NCBI GenBank assembly: GCA_903899965.1
Contig: CAIULB010000030.1
Location: 89,489 to 153,488, forward strand
Direction of reading: 5' to 3'
DNA: 64,000 nt
From: an uncultured Methylophilaceae bacterium
GTDB taxonomy: Bacteria > Pseudomonadota > Gammaproteobacteria > Burkholderiales > Methylophilaceae
Position 1 is the first letter of the stretch; each line of letters begins with the position of its first letter. The notes under the pieces were generated by a model. That model saw nothing but the letters and a program-made list of their open reading frames with translations. It was not told where the DNA came from and ran no database searches. Positions 9,545 to 19,763 of the stretch are shown piece by piece. The translations under genes were made by a program, and so were the position numbers.

Positions 9545-9957
9545 GCGATTTGGTAGACAAAGAAAATACTGTGGAGCGCGTTTATACTGAGGCGGAAATT
9601 CAGCTCAAACTTGCCGCTGATTTACCCCATTGGTTTTATGAAAATGGCTGGATACGCCGCAAATATAAAACAAGCGGCTGGAAAGCCACTTTGATGGTGG
9701 TTAATACCATTGGGCACTTAGCAGAGGCGGCTTGGCATCATCCTGATCTAACGGTTTCTTATGCTTTTGTTGTGGTTAAGTTGTGTACGCATAGCGCTAA
9801 AGGTATTACGGACAAGGATTTTGAATTGGCGACCAAGATTGAATCGGTAGTCAATTGGAAGCCAGCTCAAGAGGCTTTGGCTCAAGGCAAGGTCAGCGCT
9901 CTAGAAGGCACACCTAATGATGACGTGAGATTTAAGTATATTAAATATGATGATTAA
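9541..9957 (+). CDS. pterin-4a-carbinolamine dehydratase-like protein
   Basis: EAAWHHPDLTVSYAFVVVKLCTHSAKGITDKD matches the motif E-x3-HHP-x5-Y-x9-H-x8-D exactly. ATGA overlap with the upstream kinase. About 30 aa C-terminal extension relative to typical PCDs. Confidence 0.8.
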   Translation: MSDLVDKENTVERVYTEAEIQLKLAADLPHWFYENGWIRRKYKTSGWKATLMVVNTIGHLAEAAWHHPDLTVSYAFVVVKLCTHSAKGITDKDFELATKIESVVNWKPAQEALAQGKVSALEGTPNDDVRFKYIKYDD

Positions 9958-10083
9958 CAAGTCGCGCGCATTGATTTTTAAAAGAAACTAGCATTCACGG
10001 CAGGTTTTCTATATAATCGCGACCTTTCCACCTTGGCTCACTGTTTCGCTGTGCAGGAGCCTTTTAATCCAAAAGGAGTTTAC

Positions 10084-10464
10084 ATGCGGCATTATGAAGT
10101 AGTATTTATCGTCCATCCGGACCAAAGCGAGCAAGTGCCTGCGATGATCGAACGTTATCGCGCACTCGTGACTTCAAATGGCGGCGCTATGCACCGTCTT
10201 GAAGACTGGGGTCGTCGTCAAATGGCTTACCCAATCCAAAAAATTCACAAAGCGCATTACGTGCTCATGAACATTGAATGTAATCAATTCGTTTTAGACG
10301 AACTTGAACATGCATTCAAATTTAATGATGCTGTGTTGCGCCACCTAACAATGGCGACTAGTGACGCTGTTGTTGCTCCATCACCAATGATGAAAGAAGA
10401 GAAATCTAAATCAGTGTTGGGTAAAGATGAAGCTGCACCAGCTGCTGAGGCAGTCGCTGCTTAA
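10084..10464 (+). CDS. rpsF: 30S ribosomal protein S6
   Basis: [31 protein letters not shown] lies 7 nt upstream of the ATG at 10084. Confidence 0.95.
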   Translation: MRHYEVVFIVHPDQSEQVPAMIERYRALVTSNGGAMHRLEDWGRRQMAYPIQKIHKAHYVLMNIECNQFVLDELEHAFKFNDAVLRHLTMATSDAVVAPSPMMKEEKSKSVLGKDEAAPAAEAVAA

Positions 10465-10776
10465 GTGAGTCGCACAACGCTGGGGACTAATTTATTAGTC
10501 ATTGATGGTGAAGTTGTTCAAATTGAAACGCTTCGCTACACGCCAGCAGGAATACCGTTGTTGAGTTTTGTTTTGCGGCATCTCTCCGAACAAGTTGAAG
10601 CAGGGATGCAACGTAGGGTTGAATGTGATGTAAATGCGATGGTCATGGGACCTTTAGCAGAAAAATCACAAAGCATTAAAGTTGGAGAGTTTTTAAAAGT
10701 CTCTGGTTTTCTTGCTAAACGCAGCCTAAAAAGCACACAACTGGTAATGCACATTAATACATTAGATAAAATCTAA
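10465..10776 (+). CDS. priB: primosomal replication protein N
   Basis: 103 aa OB-fold protein between rpsF and rpsR (conserved position). GTG start directly after the rpsF stop. Confidence 0.85.
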   Translation: MSRTTLGTNLLVIDGEVVQIETLRYTPAGIPLLSFVLRHLSEQVEAGMQRRVECDVNAMVMGPLAEKSQSIKVGEFLKVSGFLAKRSLKSTQLVMHINTLDKI

Positions 10777-10800
10777 ATATATATTTAAAGGATTACTAAC

Positions 10801-11028
10801 ATGGCACGTGATATGTTCAAACGCCGCCGCTACTGCCGTTTTTCAGCAGAGGGCATTAAAGAAGTAGATTACAAAGACGTAGATCTATTAAAAGATTTCA
10901 TTACAGAAAACGGCAAGATTATTCCTGCACGTATTACTGGTACAAAAGCAAAATACCAACGTCAGTTGACATCAGCTGTGAAACGCGCACGTTTCCTAGC
11001 TTTGTTGCCATACACTGATAAGCACTAA
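10801..11028 (+). CDS. rpsR: 30S ribosomal protein S18
   Basis: [41 protein letters not shown]. Confidence 0.97.
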   Translation: MARDMFKRRRYCRFSAEGIKEVDYKDVDLLKDFITENGKIIPARITGTKAKYQRQLTSAVKRARFLALLPYTDKH

Positions 11029-11038
11029 GGGGAAAACC

Positions 11039-11488
11039 ATGCAAATTATCTTATTGGAAAAAGTAGTGAACTTGGGCAACCTTGGTGATATCGTTAAAGT
11101 AAAAGATGGTTACGGTCGTAACTTCTTAATCCCACAAGGCAAAGCAAAACGTGCAACAGAAGCTAACAAAGCTGAGTTTGCTGAGCGTCGTGCGATTCTT
11201 GAAAAACAACAAGCCGATTTATTGGCTGCAGCTGCTAAACGTGGCGAAAAACTTGCTGGTTACTTGCTACAGGTTACACAAAAAGCTGGTGTTGATGGCC
11301 GTCTATTCGGTTCAGTTGGCAATGGCGACATCGCTGAAGCATTGACTGCTGCTGGTTTTGAAGTGGCTAAATCAGAAGTGCGTTTGCCAGTTGGCCCATT
11401 GAAGGCTGTTGGTGACCACGCTGTAAGTATTGCATTGCACCATGACGTAGTGGTTGATATCACTGTTTCAGTATTGGGTGAAGCATAG
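11039..11488 (+). CDS. rplI: 50S ribosomal protein L9
   Basis: [36 protein letters not shown]. Confidence 0.97.
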   Translation: MQIILLEKVVNLGNLGDIVKVKDGYGRNFLIPQGKAKRATEANKAEFAERRAILEKQQADLLAAAAKRGEKLAGYLLQVTQKAGVDGRLFGSVGNGDIAEALTAAGFEVAKSEVRLPVGPLKAVGDHAVSIALHHDVVVDITVSVLGEA

Positions 11489-11516
11489 GCAACAAGTTAA
11501 GCTAACTGCTTAATCT

Positions 11517-11543
11517 AAAAAGGCTACTTCGGTAGCCTTTTTT
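11517..11543 (+). terminator. rho-independent terminator after rplI
   Basis: AGGCTAC-TTCG-GTAGCCT followed by TTTTTT. Confidence 0.8.
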
Positions 11544-11605
11544 ATTGCCCTTTTTTTGTTTTTCTAGCCGTCTTAAGCATCCATGTTTCAGTTTATAATG
11601 TTGGC

Positions 11606-12991
11606 ATGGCTGAAGACTCTTTAGAATCATTAAAACTCCCTCCTAACTCGGTAGAAGCAGAGCAATCCGTGCTCGGTGGCTTGCTACTTGAGAATGAGGC
11701 GCTTGATAGAATTGCAGATATTCTTAGTCAAGCTGATTTCTATCGTCACGACCATCGTTTAATTTACACACACATCGCTAAGTTGATTGAACAAAATCGT
11801 CCAGCAGATATTGTGACGGTGGCGGAGTCATTAGAAAACTCTGCAGAGCTTTCAAGTGTGGGCGGTATTGCTTATCTTGGCGCCTTAGCGCAAAACACCC
11901 CAACCGCGGCGAACATTCGCCGTTATGCTGAAATCGTGCGTGAACGTTCGATTATGCGTAAGTTGGTAGAAGTGGGTTCGGGGATCGCGGAAAGCGCTTA
12001 CAATCCACAAGGCCGTGATGCGCAGCAATTGTTAGATGAAGCCGAAGCTAAGATTTTCCAAATCGCTGAAAGCGGTAATCGCGGCTCGCAAGGCTTTGTG
12101 AATATTCAAACCTTGCTTCCGAAAGTGGCTGACCGTATTGATTTCTTATATCAACGTGAAAATCAAGGCAGTGTGACTGGTGTTCCAACTGGCTTTGATG
12201 ATCTTGATGAAAAAACATCAGGCTTCCAACCTGGGGATTTAATCATTGTGGCAGGCCGTCCTTCTATGGGAAAAACAGCCTTCTCACTTAATATCGCTGA
12301 AAACGTCGCTTTGGATACAAAAAAAGCAGTCGCTGTGTTCTCGATGGAAATGGGTGCAACCCAGTTGGCTACTCGTATGATTGGTTCAGTAGGGCGCTTG
12401 GATCAGCATCGTATGCGTAATGGTAATTTGGAAGATGAAGATTGGGCGCGTTTAACGACTGCGCTTGGCAAACTTAATGATGCCCCTATCTTTATTGATG
12501 AAGGTGCCGGCTTAAGTTCATTCGACGTTCGCGCACGTGCGCGTCGGTTGCATAGACAAACAGGTGGCTTAGGCTTGATTGTTGTAGATTACTTACAGTT
12601 GATGGCAGGGACTTCTGGTCGTGCCAGCGAAAACCGTGCGACTGAGATTTCTGAGATTTCCCGCTCACTTAAATCGCTCGCTAAAGAGCTTGAGGTCCCC
12701 GTGGTAGCCCTTTCACAGCTAAATCGTAGTGTTGAGCAACGCCCTGATAAGCGTCCTGTCATGTCTGACTTACGTGAGTCTGGTGCGATTGAGCAAGATG
12801 CCGACTTAATCTTATTTATCTATCGTGATGAGGTATATAACCCGGATTCTGAAGATAAAGGCACTGCGGAAATTATTATCGCTAAACAACGTAATGGCCC
12901 AATTGGCCGCGTTCGCTTGACCTTCTTGGGTCAACATACCCGCTTTGAGAATTTCTCATCTGGTAACGCACATATGGGTGAAGATTACTAA
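11606..12991 (+). CDS. dnaB: replicative DNA helicase
   Basis: [20 protein letters not shown], Walker [11 protein letters not shown], and [16 protein letters not shown]. Confidence 0.97.
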   Translation: MAEDSLESLKLPPNSVEAEQSVLGGLLLENEALDRIADILSQADFYRHDHRLIYTHIAKLIEQNRPADIVTVAESLENSAELSSVGGIAYLGALAQNTPTAANIRRYAEIVRERSIMRKLVEVGSGIAESAYNPQGRDAQQLLDEAEAKIFQIAESGNRGSQGFVNIQTLLPKVADRIDFLYQRENQGSVTGVPTGFDDLDEKTSGFQPGDLIIVAGRPSMGKTAFSLNIAENVALDTKKAVAVFSMEMGATQLATRMIGSVGRLDQHRMRNGNLEDEDWARLTTALGKLNDAPIFIDEGAGLSSFDVRARARRLHRQTGGLGLIVVDYLQLMAGTSGRASENRATEISEISRSLKSLAKELEVPVVALSQLNRSVEQRPDKRPVMSDLRESGAIEQDADLILFIYRDEVYNPDSEDKGTAEIIIAKQRNGPIGRVRLTFLGQHTRFENFSSGNAHMGEDY

Positions 12992-12999
12992 TTTCTGCT

Positions 13000-14067
13000 A
13001 TGCGTCCGATACAAGCCACCATTAGTCTTAGTGCTCTAGAACACAACTTAGCAGTCGCTAAATCAAAAGCGCCAAAGTCTAAAGTGATGGCAGTGGTAAA
13101 AGCGAATGGCTATGGACACGGCTTGCTCAATGCAGCTAAAGGCTTAAAGGCTGCTGATGGCTTTGCTATTCTTGGTTTGGACGAAGCCTTAACTTTAAGA
13201 ACGGCAGGCTACAAGCAAACCATTTTGATGCTTGAAGGTTTTTTCTCTGCCGATGAGCTATCAGCCATTTCTGAACAATCAATTAGCATCGTCGTGCATT
13301 CCTATAAGCAAGTCGAAATGCTCGAAAGCGCAAACCTCACTGCACCTATCTCGATCCATCTTAAAATGAATGCAGGCATGAACCGCCTTGGGTTTAAGCC
13401 ACAAGATTTTGAGCTTGTATTAGCAAAACTTCAAACCTGTAAAAATGTTGCTGACATTACCTTGATGGAACATTTTGCGACCGCGGATGAGTCGCTAGGA
13501 ATTGCAAGGCCATTGGCAGTGTTTAAGCAGGCGGCGCAAGCACATCAATATCCGCACTCGCTGGCTAATTCAGCAGCTTTGTTACGCTTTCCTGAGGCTA
13601 ATGCAGATTGGGTTCGTGCAGGGATTATGCTTTATGGCACATCGCCTATTGCTGATGATTCGGCTGCTAAGTTTGATTTAAAACCGGTGATGCAACTCAC
13701 TAGCGAGATTATCTCGGTGCAGACGCTAGAGGCCGGCGAAAGCCTGGGTTATGGCCATCTCTTCACAGCATCTAAAAAAACGCGGATAGGCGTTGTTGCT
13801 TGCGGCTATGCGGATGGTTATCCACGCCATGCACCTAATGGCACACCAATCGCTGTAGCAGGCACGCTCACTCAAACTTTAGGTCGGGTTTCTATGGATA
13901 TGTTGTTTGTGGACATTACGAATATTCCAGAAGCTGAAATTGGTGCTTATGTTGAAATGTGGGGTAATCAAGTTTCTGTGGATGATGTAGCCCATTCTGC
14001 CGAGACGATTAGTTATGAGCTGCTTTGTGCCGTTGCGCCGCGTGTGCCGCTTAAGGTCTTCGCGTAA
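13000..14067 (+). CDS. alr: alanine racemase
   Basis: [14 protein letters not shown]-lysine motif; 355 aa. Confidence 0.93.
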   Translation: MRPIQATISLSALEHNLAVAKSKAPKSKVMAVVKANGYGHGLLNAAKGLKAADGFAILGLDEALTLRTAGYKQTILMLEGFFSADELSAISEQSISIVVHSYKQVEMLESANLTAPISIHLKMNAGMNRLGFKPQDFELVLAKLQTCKNVADITLMEHFATADESLGIARPLAVFKQAAQAHQYPHSLANSAALLRFPEANADWVRAGIMLYGTSPIADDSAAKFDLKPVMQLTSEIISVQTLEAGESLGYGHLFTASKKTRIGVVACGYADGYPRHAPNGTPIAVAGTLTQTLGRVSMDMLFVDITNIPEAEIGAYVEMWGNQVSVDDVAHSAETISYELLCAVAPRVPLKVFA

Positions 14068-15425
14068 TGGCTAAAGCAAAAACCGTTTATGGTTGCACGG
14101 AATGTGGGGGACAGTCTTCCAAGTGGCAAGGGCAATGTCCAAGTTGTATGGCTTGGAATACGCTAGTTGAATCCGTCGCTGAAACTTCAAGCGCAAGTCG
14201 ATTCGCACCTTTAGCTGCGGCAAGTACTATTCAAAAGCTAAAAGAAGTTGAAGCAGCCGAAACCCCGCGCCAAGCCACAGGCATTGCTGAGTTTGACCGT
14301 GTATTAGGCGGAGGCTTAGTGCCGGGTGGTGTAGTGCTCATTGGCGGCGATCCTGGTATTGGCAAATCAACCTTATTACTTCAAACGCTCTGTCATTTAG
14401 GCAATAAAAGCAAAACGCTTTATATCAGCGGTGAAGAGTCGGCTCAGCAAATTGCAATGCGTGCGAAGCGTTTGGGTTTAGATGCTTCGCCTTTAGATTT
14501 GCTTGCTGAAATTAATCTCGAAAAAATTGTCGCAACACTGCAAGCCCATAAACCTGATGTTGCTGTTATTGATTCCATTCAAACGGTTTATTCAGAAGCC
14601 TTGCAATCAGCGCCTGGTTCGGTAGCGCAAGTGCGTGAATGTTCGGCGCAATTGACGCGTGCTGCTAAGCAGCTTGGCATTAGCGTGATATTAGTTGGGC
14701 ACGTCACCAAAGAAGGTTCCTTGGCTGGTCCGCGTGTGCTTGAGCATATTGTGGATACCGTACTATATTTTGAAGGGGACCCTAACTCTAGTTTCCGTTT
14801 GATTCGTGCGTTCAAAAACCGTTTTGGTGCCGTGAATGAGCTTGGCGTGTTTGCGATGACCGAAAAAGGCTTGCGTGAAGTTAGCAATCCATCTGCACTG
14901 TTCTTGTCGCATCATGCTGAAGAGGTGGCGGGCTCATGTATCACCGTCACACAAGAGGGCACAAGGCCTTTGTTAGTTGAAGTGCAAGCTTTGGTCGATG
15001 AAGCACATGCGCCCAATCCTAAACGTTTGTGCGTTGGCTTAGAACAAAATCGCTTGGCAATGTTATTGGCGGTCTTACACCGACATGCAGGCGTTGCTTG
15101 TTTTGACCAGGATGTATTTGTGAATGCAGTTGGTGGCGTCAAAATCAGTGAGCCAGCAGTGGATTTGGCTGTGCTTTTATCTATTGTTTCCTCATTAAAA
15201 AACAAAGCACTAAACAATAAACTGATTGTTTTTGGTGAGGTTGGATTGGCTGGAGAAGTGCGCCCTGTGCAACGTGGTCAAGAGCGTTTGAAAGAAGCTG
15301 CTAAACTTGGATTTACCCATGCGATTGTGCCGAAAGCCAATGCCCCCAAACAGCCGATTAAAGGCATGCAGGTGTTTGGTGTGGATCGATTAGAGCAAGC
15401 CTTAAATAAGGTGCGCGAGCTTTAA
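14067..15425 (+). CDS. radA: DNA repair protein RadA
   Basis: N-terminal zinc ribbon CTECGGQSSKWQGQCPSC, Walker A GDPGIGKST, KNRFG motif and a Lon-like C-terminus. Confidence 0.97.
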   Translation: MAKAKTVYGCTECGGQSSKWQGQCPSCMAWNTLVESVAETSSASRFAPLAAASTIQKLKEVEAAETPRQATGIAEFDRVLGGGLVPGGVVLIGGDPGIGKSTLLLQTLCHLGNKSKTLYISGEESAQQIAMRAKRLGLDASPLDLLAEINLEKIVATLQAHKPDVAVIDSIQTVYSEALQSAPGSVAQVRECSAQLTRAAKQLGISVILVGHVTKEGSLAGPRVLEHIVDTVLYFEGDPNSSFRLIRAFKNRFGAVNELGVFAMTEKGLREVSNPSALFLSHHAEEVAGSCITVTQEGTRPLLVEVQALVDEAHAPNPKRLCVGLEQNRLAMLLAVLHRHAGVACFDQDVFVNAVGGVKISEPAVDLAVLLSIVSSLKNKALNNKLIVFGEVGLAGEVRPVQRGQERLKEAAKLGFTHAIVPKANAPKQPIKGMQVFGVDRLEQALNKVREL

Positions 15426-16765
15426 AACTCTACATGAAACCTTAATGCGGCAAAATCAACTGGACCACGGTCAGAGTTATAACCTGGGTTCATCATATGC
15501 TGATAATCCAGCGTGGCGTATAAATCTTTCCAGACATTCATACTGTAATAAGTTTCAAAGACTTGCTCAGGCCTGTATTTGAAGTTTGCATGTTCATCTC
15601 CGAGAAAAAATGATATGCCACCAGCTTGCAGATAATCTCTGCGGTCTTTTGAAATGGTGTTGTAAATATAACCCACACCTATTGTATCTTTAGGCCGTCC
15701 CCAGCCGCTTCCTTTACATGAGAAGCCAGTACCAAGTGATGCATCTGTTTCAGTGAAGGCAAGCGTTTCTGTTTTTCCATCAGCTTTCATTGCGCGTAGG
15801 AAAAAGCCTAAGTCATCGGAGATAGCCTGTTCAATATTAATGCCTATGCCATACTTAAACTTTTCACCGGTTCTCACTGCAAAAATGGCTTGATTATCTC
15901 CTGAAAATCCAGGGGCTTTAATATAAGCTAATGCATCATTAAAGCTGGCGATATTGGCCTTGTTTCTCCAAGTAAGCACGCGGATTTTACCTGGCTGATT
16001 TAAAAATCTGTGGCTATGTTCAATTTCCAATTGGTCGCCGTAGTGTTTAAAGATTCGGTAGTCTGTTGGCAGCATATTGGGGGTTTGTGGGCCTGTCATA
16101 CGTCCAATCCGATACGCCCAGTCATCTTGATACCATTCAAGTGCAAATCCGTAACCAAAGCCACGTGCATCAGCTGCATAGTCATAAGCAAGTGGCGCCA
16201 TAAAACCTGCATTCATAAATTGAACGCGTGGGTCTTTTGCATAAGCATTGTCATCAAATACATCAAGGGTTGAGAAATTGCCTAATGTGAGTACGACACG
16301 ATTCTTATAGACTGTTCCGGCCATTTGGTTAAGATCTGATTCAACTTTTTGTTCACCGCCACCTAAGCCCCAAGTTTGACGTAAGAAGAGCCTTTGGCGA
16401 TAAAGCTTAGGTTTTGTGCCCGCTGTTCGCGTTAATTCGCCGTTGGTAAACGCGCCAGTGCCTGCTAATTCAGAAAATGGCACACCCTGCGTGATCTCAG
16501 GATTAAAATAAAGCTCACCGCCATTCCAAGGGCGAAAGCCCCAATAACCCGTAGTGGTCATGGTGTAACTTCTTGCTAAGCCTGAGCTAAGACTGTTTTG
16601 GCCGTCTGGGTAAGGAGAGTTAAATGAAGCTTTTCTTTGTCAAATGTAAGTGGTTTGAAATCTGAAAGAGGTGTCCTCATGTTCAGTTTCTTCAGCGTAA
16701 GCATCAAAGCCAGCACTCATGAGGATAAGAAAGCATAGAAGTGCTTGTTTTGATAAAGATGGCAT
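15422..16765 (-). pseudogene. OprB-family (carbohydrate-selective type) outer-membrane porin interrupted by one in-frame TGA at 16640-16642
   Basis: The ORF track gives only 15422-16561, starting at an internal Met with no signal peptide. My minus-strand translation from ATG 16763-16765 gives MPSLSKQALLCFLILMSAGFDAYA/EETEHEDTSFRFQTTYI-TGA-QRKASFNSPYPDGQNSLSSGLARSYTMTTTGYW... in the same frame. This is a signal peptide plus barrel split by a single stop. Confidence 0.7.
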
Positions 16766-16817
16766 AGATTATTGTTGCAAATATGATAGTTTATGATGAG
16801 TGAGGCTATTTTACTCA

Positions 16818-16849
16818 AGGATTATTTCATTTCAGTGAAACAATCCTTT
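16818..16849. terminator. 13 bp hairpin between the SDR gene and the porin gene
   Basis: AAGGATTATTTCA, loop TTTCAG, then TGAAACAATCCTT. The T-run follows only on the plus strand, so its role as the minus-strand terminator of the SDR gene is uncertain. Confidence 0.4.
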
Positions 16850-17587
16850 TTAACGAGCCAAGACTTTTCCGCTTACCCCAGCACTATCATCCCCCATTAA
16901 ATACAAATAAAGCGGCATAGCGCTTTCGACTGTTGGAAGCTCGCTGTGCACCTCACCAGGATGCGTTTTTTTGCGTTGAGGGCTTTGTAATGGGCCTGGC
17001 ACGATACTATTGAGGCGGATGTTCGGGCGATTTTCTAATTCTTGCGCCCACATTTGCATCATAAAGTCAGTTGCTGCTTTGCTAATGCCGTGGCTACCCC
17101 AGTAAGCCTTTGGTGATTGCGCTGAGCTGTTGGAGGTGAAAATCACAGAAGCGTGAGTTGCACGCGCTAACAGCGGCAAGCATGCTTTTGTGAGCGCGAA
17201 TGGTGCAACCACATTCACACGAAACATTTCTTCAAACTGTTCTGCTGTCTGAATTTCTAGCGGACTCAGATTGTTAAAGTCTGTTGCATTATGCAAAATG
17301 CCATCCAATCGTCCCAGCTGCTGGTAAATACCTTCAGCCATTGCTTTGAAGTCATCCTCTGTGGCTTTGTTTAAGTCCATAGGGAAAATCAGCGCCTCTG
17401 GTAAGCCTTGGGCTTGAATTGCATCGTAGGTGGCTTCTAATTTAGCCTGAGTCCGCCCAATTAAAATCACTGTGGCACCTTGTTTGGCGAACGCAATGGC
17501 GGCAGTTTGACCAATGCCTTGGCCTGCGCCTGTGACAATAATCACGCGGTCTTTAAGGTGTTGGCTTGGAGCTTGGTAGTTTTTCAT
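16850..17587 (-). CDS. yciK: YciK-like short-chain dehydrogenase/reductase
   Basis: VIIVTGAGQGIGQ Rossmann motif, LDGILHNA, and MPLYLYLMGDDS as in YciK. Note HGISK where YxxxK is expected. Confidence 0.85.
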   Translation of the reverse strand: MKNYQAPSQHLKDRVIIVTGAGQGIGQTAAIAFAKQGATVILIGRTQAKLEATYDAIQAQGLPEALIFPMDLNKATEDDFKAMAEGIYQQLGRLDGILHNATDFNNLSPLEIQTAEQFEEMFRVNVVAPFALTKACLPLLARATHASVIFTSNSSAQSPKAYWGSHGISKAATDFMMQMWAQELENRPNIRLNSIVPGPLQSPQRKKTHPGEVHSELPTVESAMPLYLYLMGDDSAGVSGKVLAR

Positions 17588-17630
17588 GATGCACGTTCAA
17601 TAGCTGATATCAAAATTGGGTGAGATTGTC

Positions 17631-18929
17631 TCACGATTGCAGGACTAATTGGGCGGCGGTTAGCCCGCTTCTAATGGCGCCTTCTATAGTGGCGGGATAG
17701 TCGCCTTTGGTATAGTCGCCAGCAAGGTAGAGATTTTTAATTTTTGTTTGTTGGGTAGAGCGTTTTAAGCCTGCCGTACAAGCAAAGGTTGCACGTTTTT
17801 CGGCAATGACTTTATGCCATTCAGGTACTGGCAAGTATGGGAAAGCGACTTGAAGTTCTGCAATGATTGATTCGCTAAGCGCTTGCTGACTAAGTTTTTG
17901 ATGTGCACCTTCAGTGCTGATAACCACTGCGATTAAACCATCTTGTCCACAAAGTTGGCCTCTATCAAATGCCCATTGGGCAATGCCTTGGGTAAAGCCT
18001 GTCATGACGTTTGGCAACTTTATGTGGCTTTGATATTGAATATAAACGCTATAAATCGGCTGATATTCAAATGCTAGGATATCTGAGGCGATATCAAGCT
18101 TAGGTGAAATTGCTTGTAAGTGATGAGGTGAACAGGCAAGTAATACATGGCTAAACTCAAGAACCTGCTTGCTAGCAATTTTTAGGCTAAAGCCATGTGC
18201 TGTTTGCTCAATATTGGATACGGGGTTGTTTAGCGCTATTTTTCCGCCATGTTTTTTAATGTGCTTAGCGATTGGTTCAGAAAGAAGCGCTGATAAATCT
18301 ACCTTAGGCAAAAGTAGGTCGCTATCGGTTTTGCTTTGGTTAAAGCTATCTCGAAGCACGTTCAAGTAGGTTTGTGCGCTGGCTATTGCAATTGGTGTAT
18401 TAAGCGCAGCCAAACAGAGTGGCTCCCAAAGCCATTTAATCAATCTTTCTGGCTGATGCTTGCGGCTTAATAATGATAATAAAGGCTCATCTTTTGTAAG
18501 CTTGAAGCGTGTTACTTTAAGCCATCCAAAAAAACGAATGGCGGCAAAGCGTTCATGCAAACTTAGTTCTTTTGCAGAAAGTAAGCCAAACAATAAATGG
18601 AGTGGGGCGGGGAGGTTTTTGGCTTTTAAAGTAAATGCGCTGTGCATATTCAGTTCAAGCGGCAATCTCAATAAAACATGGTTTTCATTAACGCCAATCG
18701 AGGCCATCAGTCCAAGCGTTTGCTGATATGCACCCAGCAAAATGTGCTGGCCGTTATCAAGGCGTTTTCCTTTCCAAACAACAGCACGGGCACGGCCGCC
18801 TAACTGCGGTGCAGCTTCAAATAGTGTGACATCAATGCCAGCCTCAGCCAGCTTGCTGGCAGCGCTCAATCCAGCTAAGCCGCCGCCAACAATGGCAACT
18901 TTTTTTAGTGGAACATCCATGTTGACCAA
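17631..18929 (-). CDS. hpnE: hydroxysqualene dehydroxylase (FAD amine-oxidase fold)
   Basis: VAIVGGGLAGLSAA...FEAAPQLGGRA FAD motif; third gene after hpnC and hpnD. The start could be the Met at 18920 instead. Confidence 0.85.
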   Translation of the reverse strand: MVNMDVPLKKVAIVGGGLAGLSAASKLAEAGIDVTLFEAAPQLGGRARAVVWKGKRLDNGQHILLGAYQQTLGLMASIGVNENHVLLRLPLELNMHSAFTLKAKNLPAPLHLLFGLLSAKELSLHERFAAIRFFGWLKVTRFKLTKDEPLLSLLSRKHQPERLIKWLWEPLCLAALNTPIAIASAQTYLNVLRDSFNQSKTDSDLLLPKVDLSALLSEPIAKHIKKHGGKIALNNPVSNIEQTAHGFSLKIASKQVLEFSHVLLACSPHHLQAISPKLDIASDILAFEYQPIYSVYIQYQSHIKLPNVMTGFTQGIAQWAFDRGQLCGQDGLIAVVISTEGAHQKLSQQALSESIIAELQVAFPYLPVPEWHKVIAEKRATFACTAGLKRSTQQTKIKNLYLAGDYTKGDYPATIEGAIRSGLTAAQLVLQS

Positions 18930-19741
18930 GCTAAATAAAGCTTTCTGAGTGGGGTGAGGGATATGCGTGAATTGAGTACTTGTTGAGAGCCGCTTGATTT
19001 GATTTCGCGAAGCAGAGTGCGGTAAATAGCCGTCATGATTAAGCCTGTGCGTTGCTGCTTTTTGTCTTCTGGCGGAAGTGCTTTTAAAGCGCGGTCGTAA
19101 AAGCTTTCCGCACGCTCAATTTGAAAGTCCAAAAGCTTTTGAAGTTTTTCGGATAAATGGCCATGCAGAATATCTGATTCTTTAACGCCGAATTTTTTGA
19201 GTTCGTCTTGAGGCAAGTAAATGCGGTTGCGACGTGCATCTTCACCGACGTCACGAATGATGTTGGTGAGCTGAAACGCCATGCCTAAGTCGTGGGCGTA
19301 TTTAAGCGTTTTGCGATTACTAAACCCAAAGATTTGTGCGGACAATAAACCCACTACGCTAGCCACGCGGTAGCAATAGAGCTGAAGTTGTTTAAAGTCG
19401 GCATAACGATTTTGGTCGAGATCCATTACCATGCCATCAATAATTTCAATGAAATGCTCTTGGTCTAAATGGCAAGTGTGGATGACTTCAGCTAAGGCCT
19501 TGGTGACAGGGTGTTGAGGTTTGCCTTCGTAAAGTCCATTAATCTCGGTGCGCCACCAAGCAAGCTTAATGCGGGCAACAGAAGCCTCTTTGCACTCATC
19601 GACGACATCGTCCACTTCACGGCAAAAGGCGTAAAGCGCGGTAATCGCTTCGCGTTTGGCTTTTGGTAAAAATAAGAAGCTGTAATAAAAACTAGAGCCG
19701 CTTTTGGCGGCTTTGTCTTGGCAGTATTCTTTCGGTGTCAT
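18905..19741 (-). CDS. hpnD: presqualene diphosphate synthase
   Basis: SFYYSFLFLP...YAFCREVDDVVDE...NIIRDVGEDA squalene/phytoene synthase motifs. Confidence 0.9.
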   Translation of the reverse strand: MTPKEYCQDKAAKSGSSFYYSFLFLPKAKREAITALYAFCREVDDVVDECKEASVARIKLAWWRTEINGLYEGKPQHPVTKALAEVIHTCHLDQEHFIEIIDGMVMDLDQNRYADFKQLQLYCYRVASVVGLLSAQIFGFSNRKTLKYAHDLGMAFQLTNIIRDVGEDARRNRIYLPQDELKKFGVKESDILHGHLSEKLQKLLDFQIERAESFYDRALKALPPEDKKQQRTGLIMTAIYRTLLREIKSSGSQQVLNSRISLTPLRKLYLAWSTWMFH

Positions 19742-19763
19742 TTAGCTATCTCAAGTCAGTCTT

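Noticed and set aside
9958-10083. Possible S6:S18-binding autoregulatory leader upstream of rpsF.
   Set aside because: The location is plausible, but I cannot demonstrate the conserved structure by eye. It needs a covariance-model search.
15422-15425. radA and the porin gene share overlapping stop codons (TTAA) with no terminator.
   Set aside because: Overlap of convergent stops is common in compact genomes and is not informative on its own. It is mentioned under the porin entry only.
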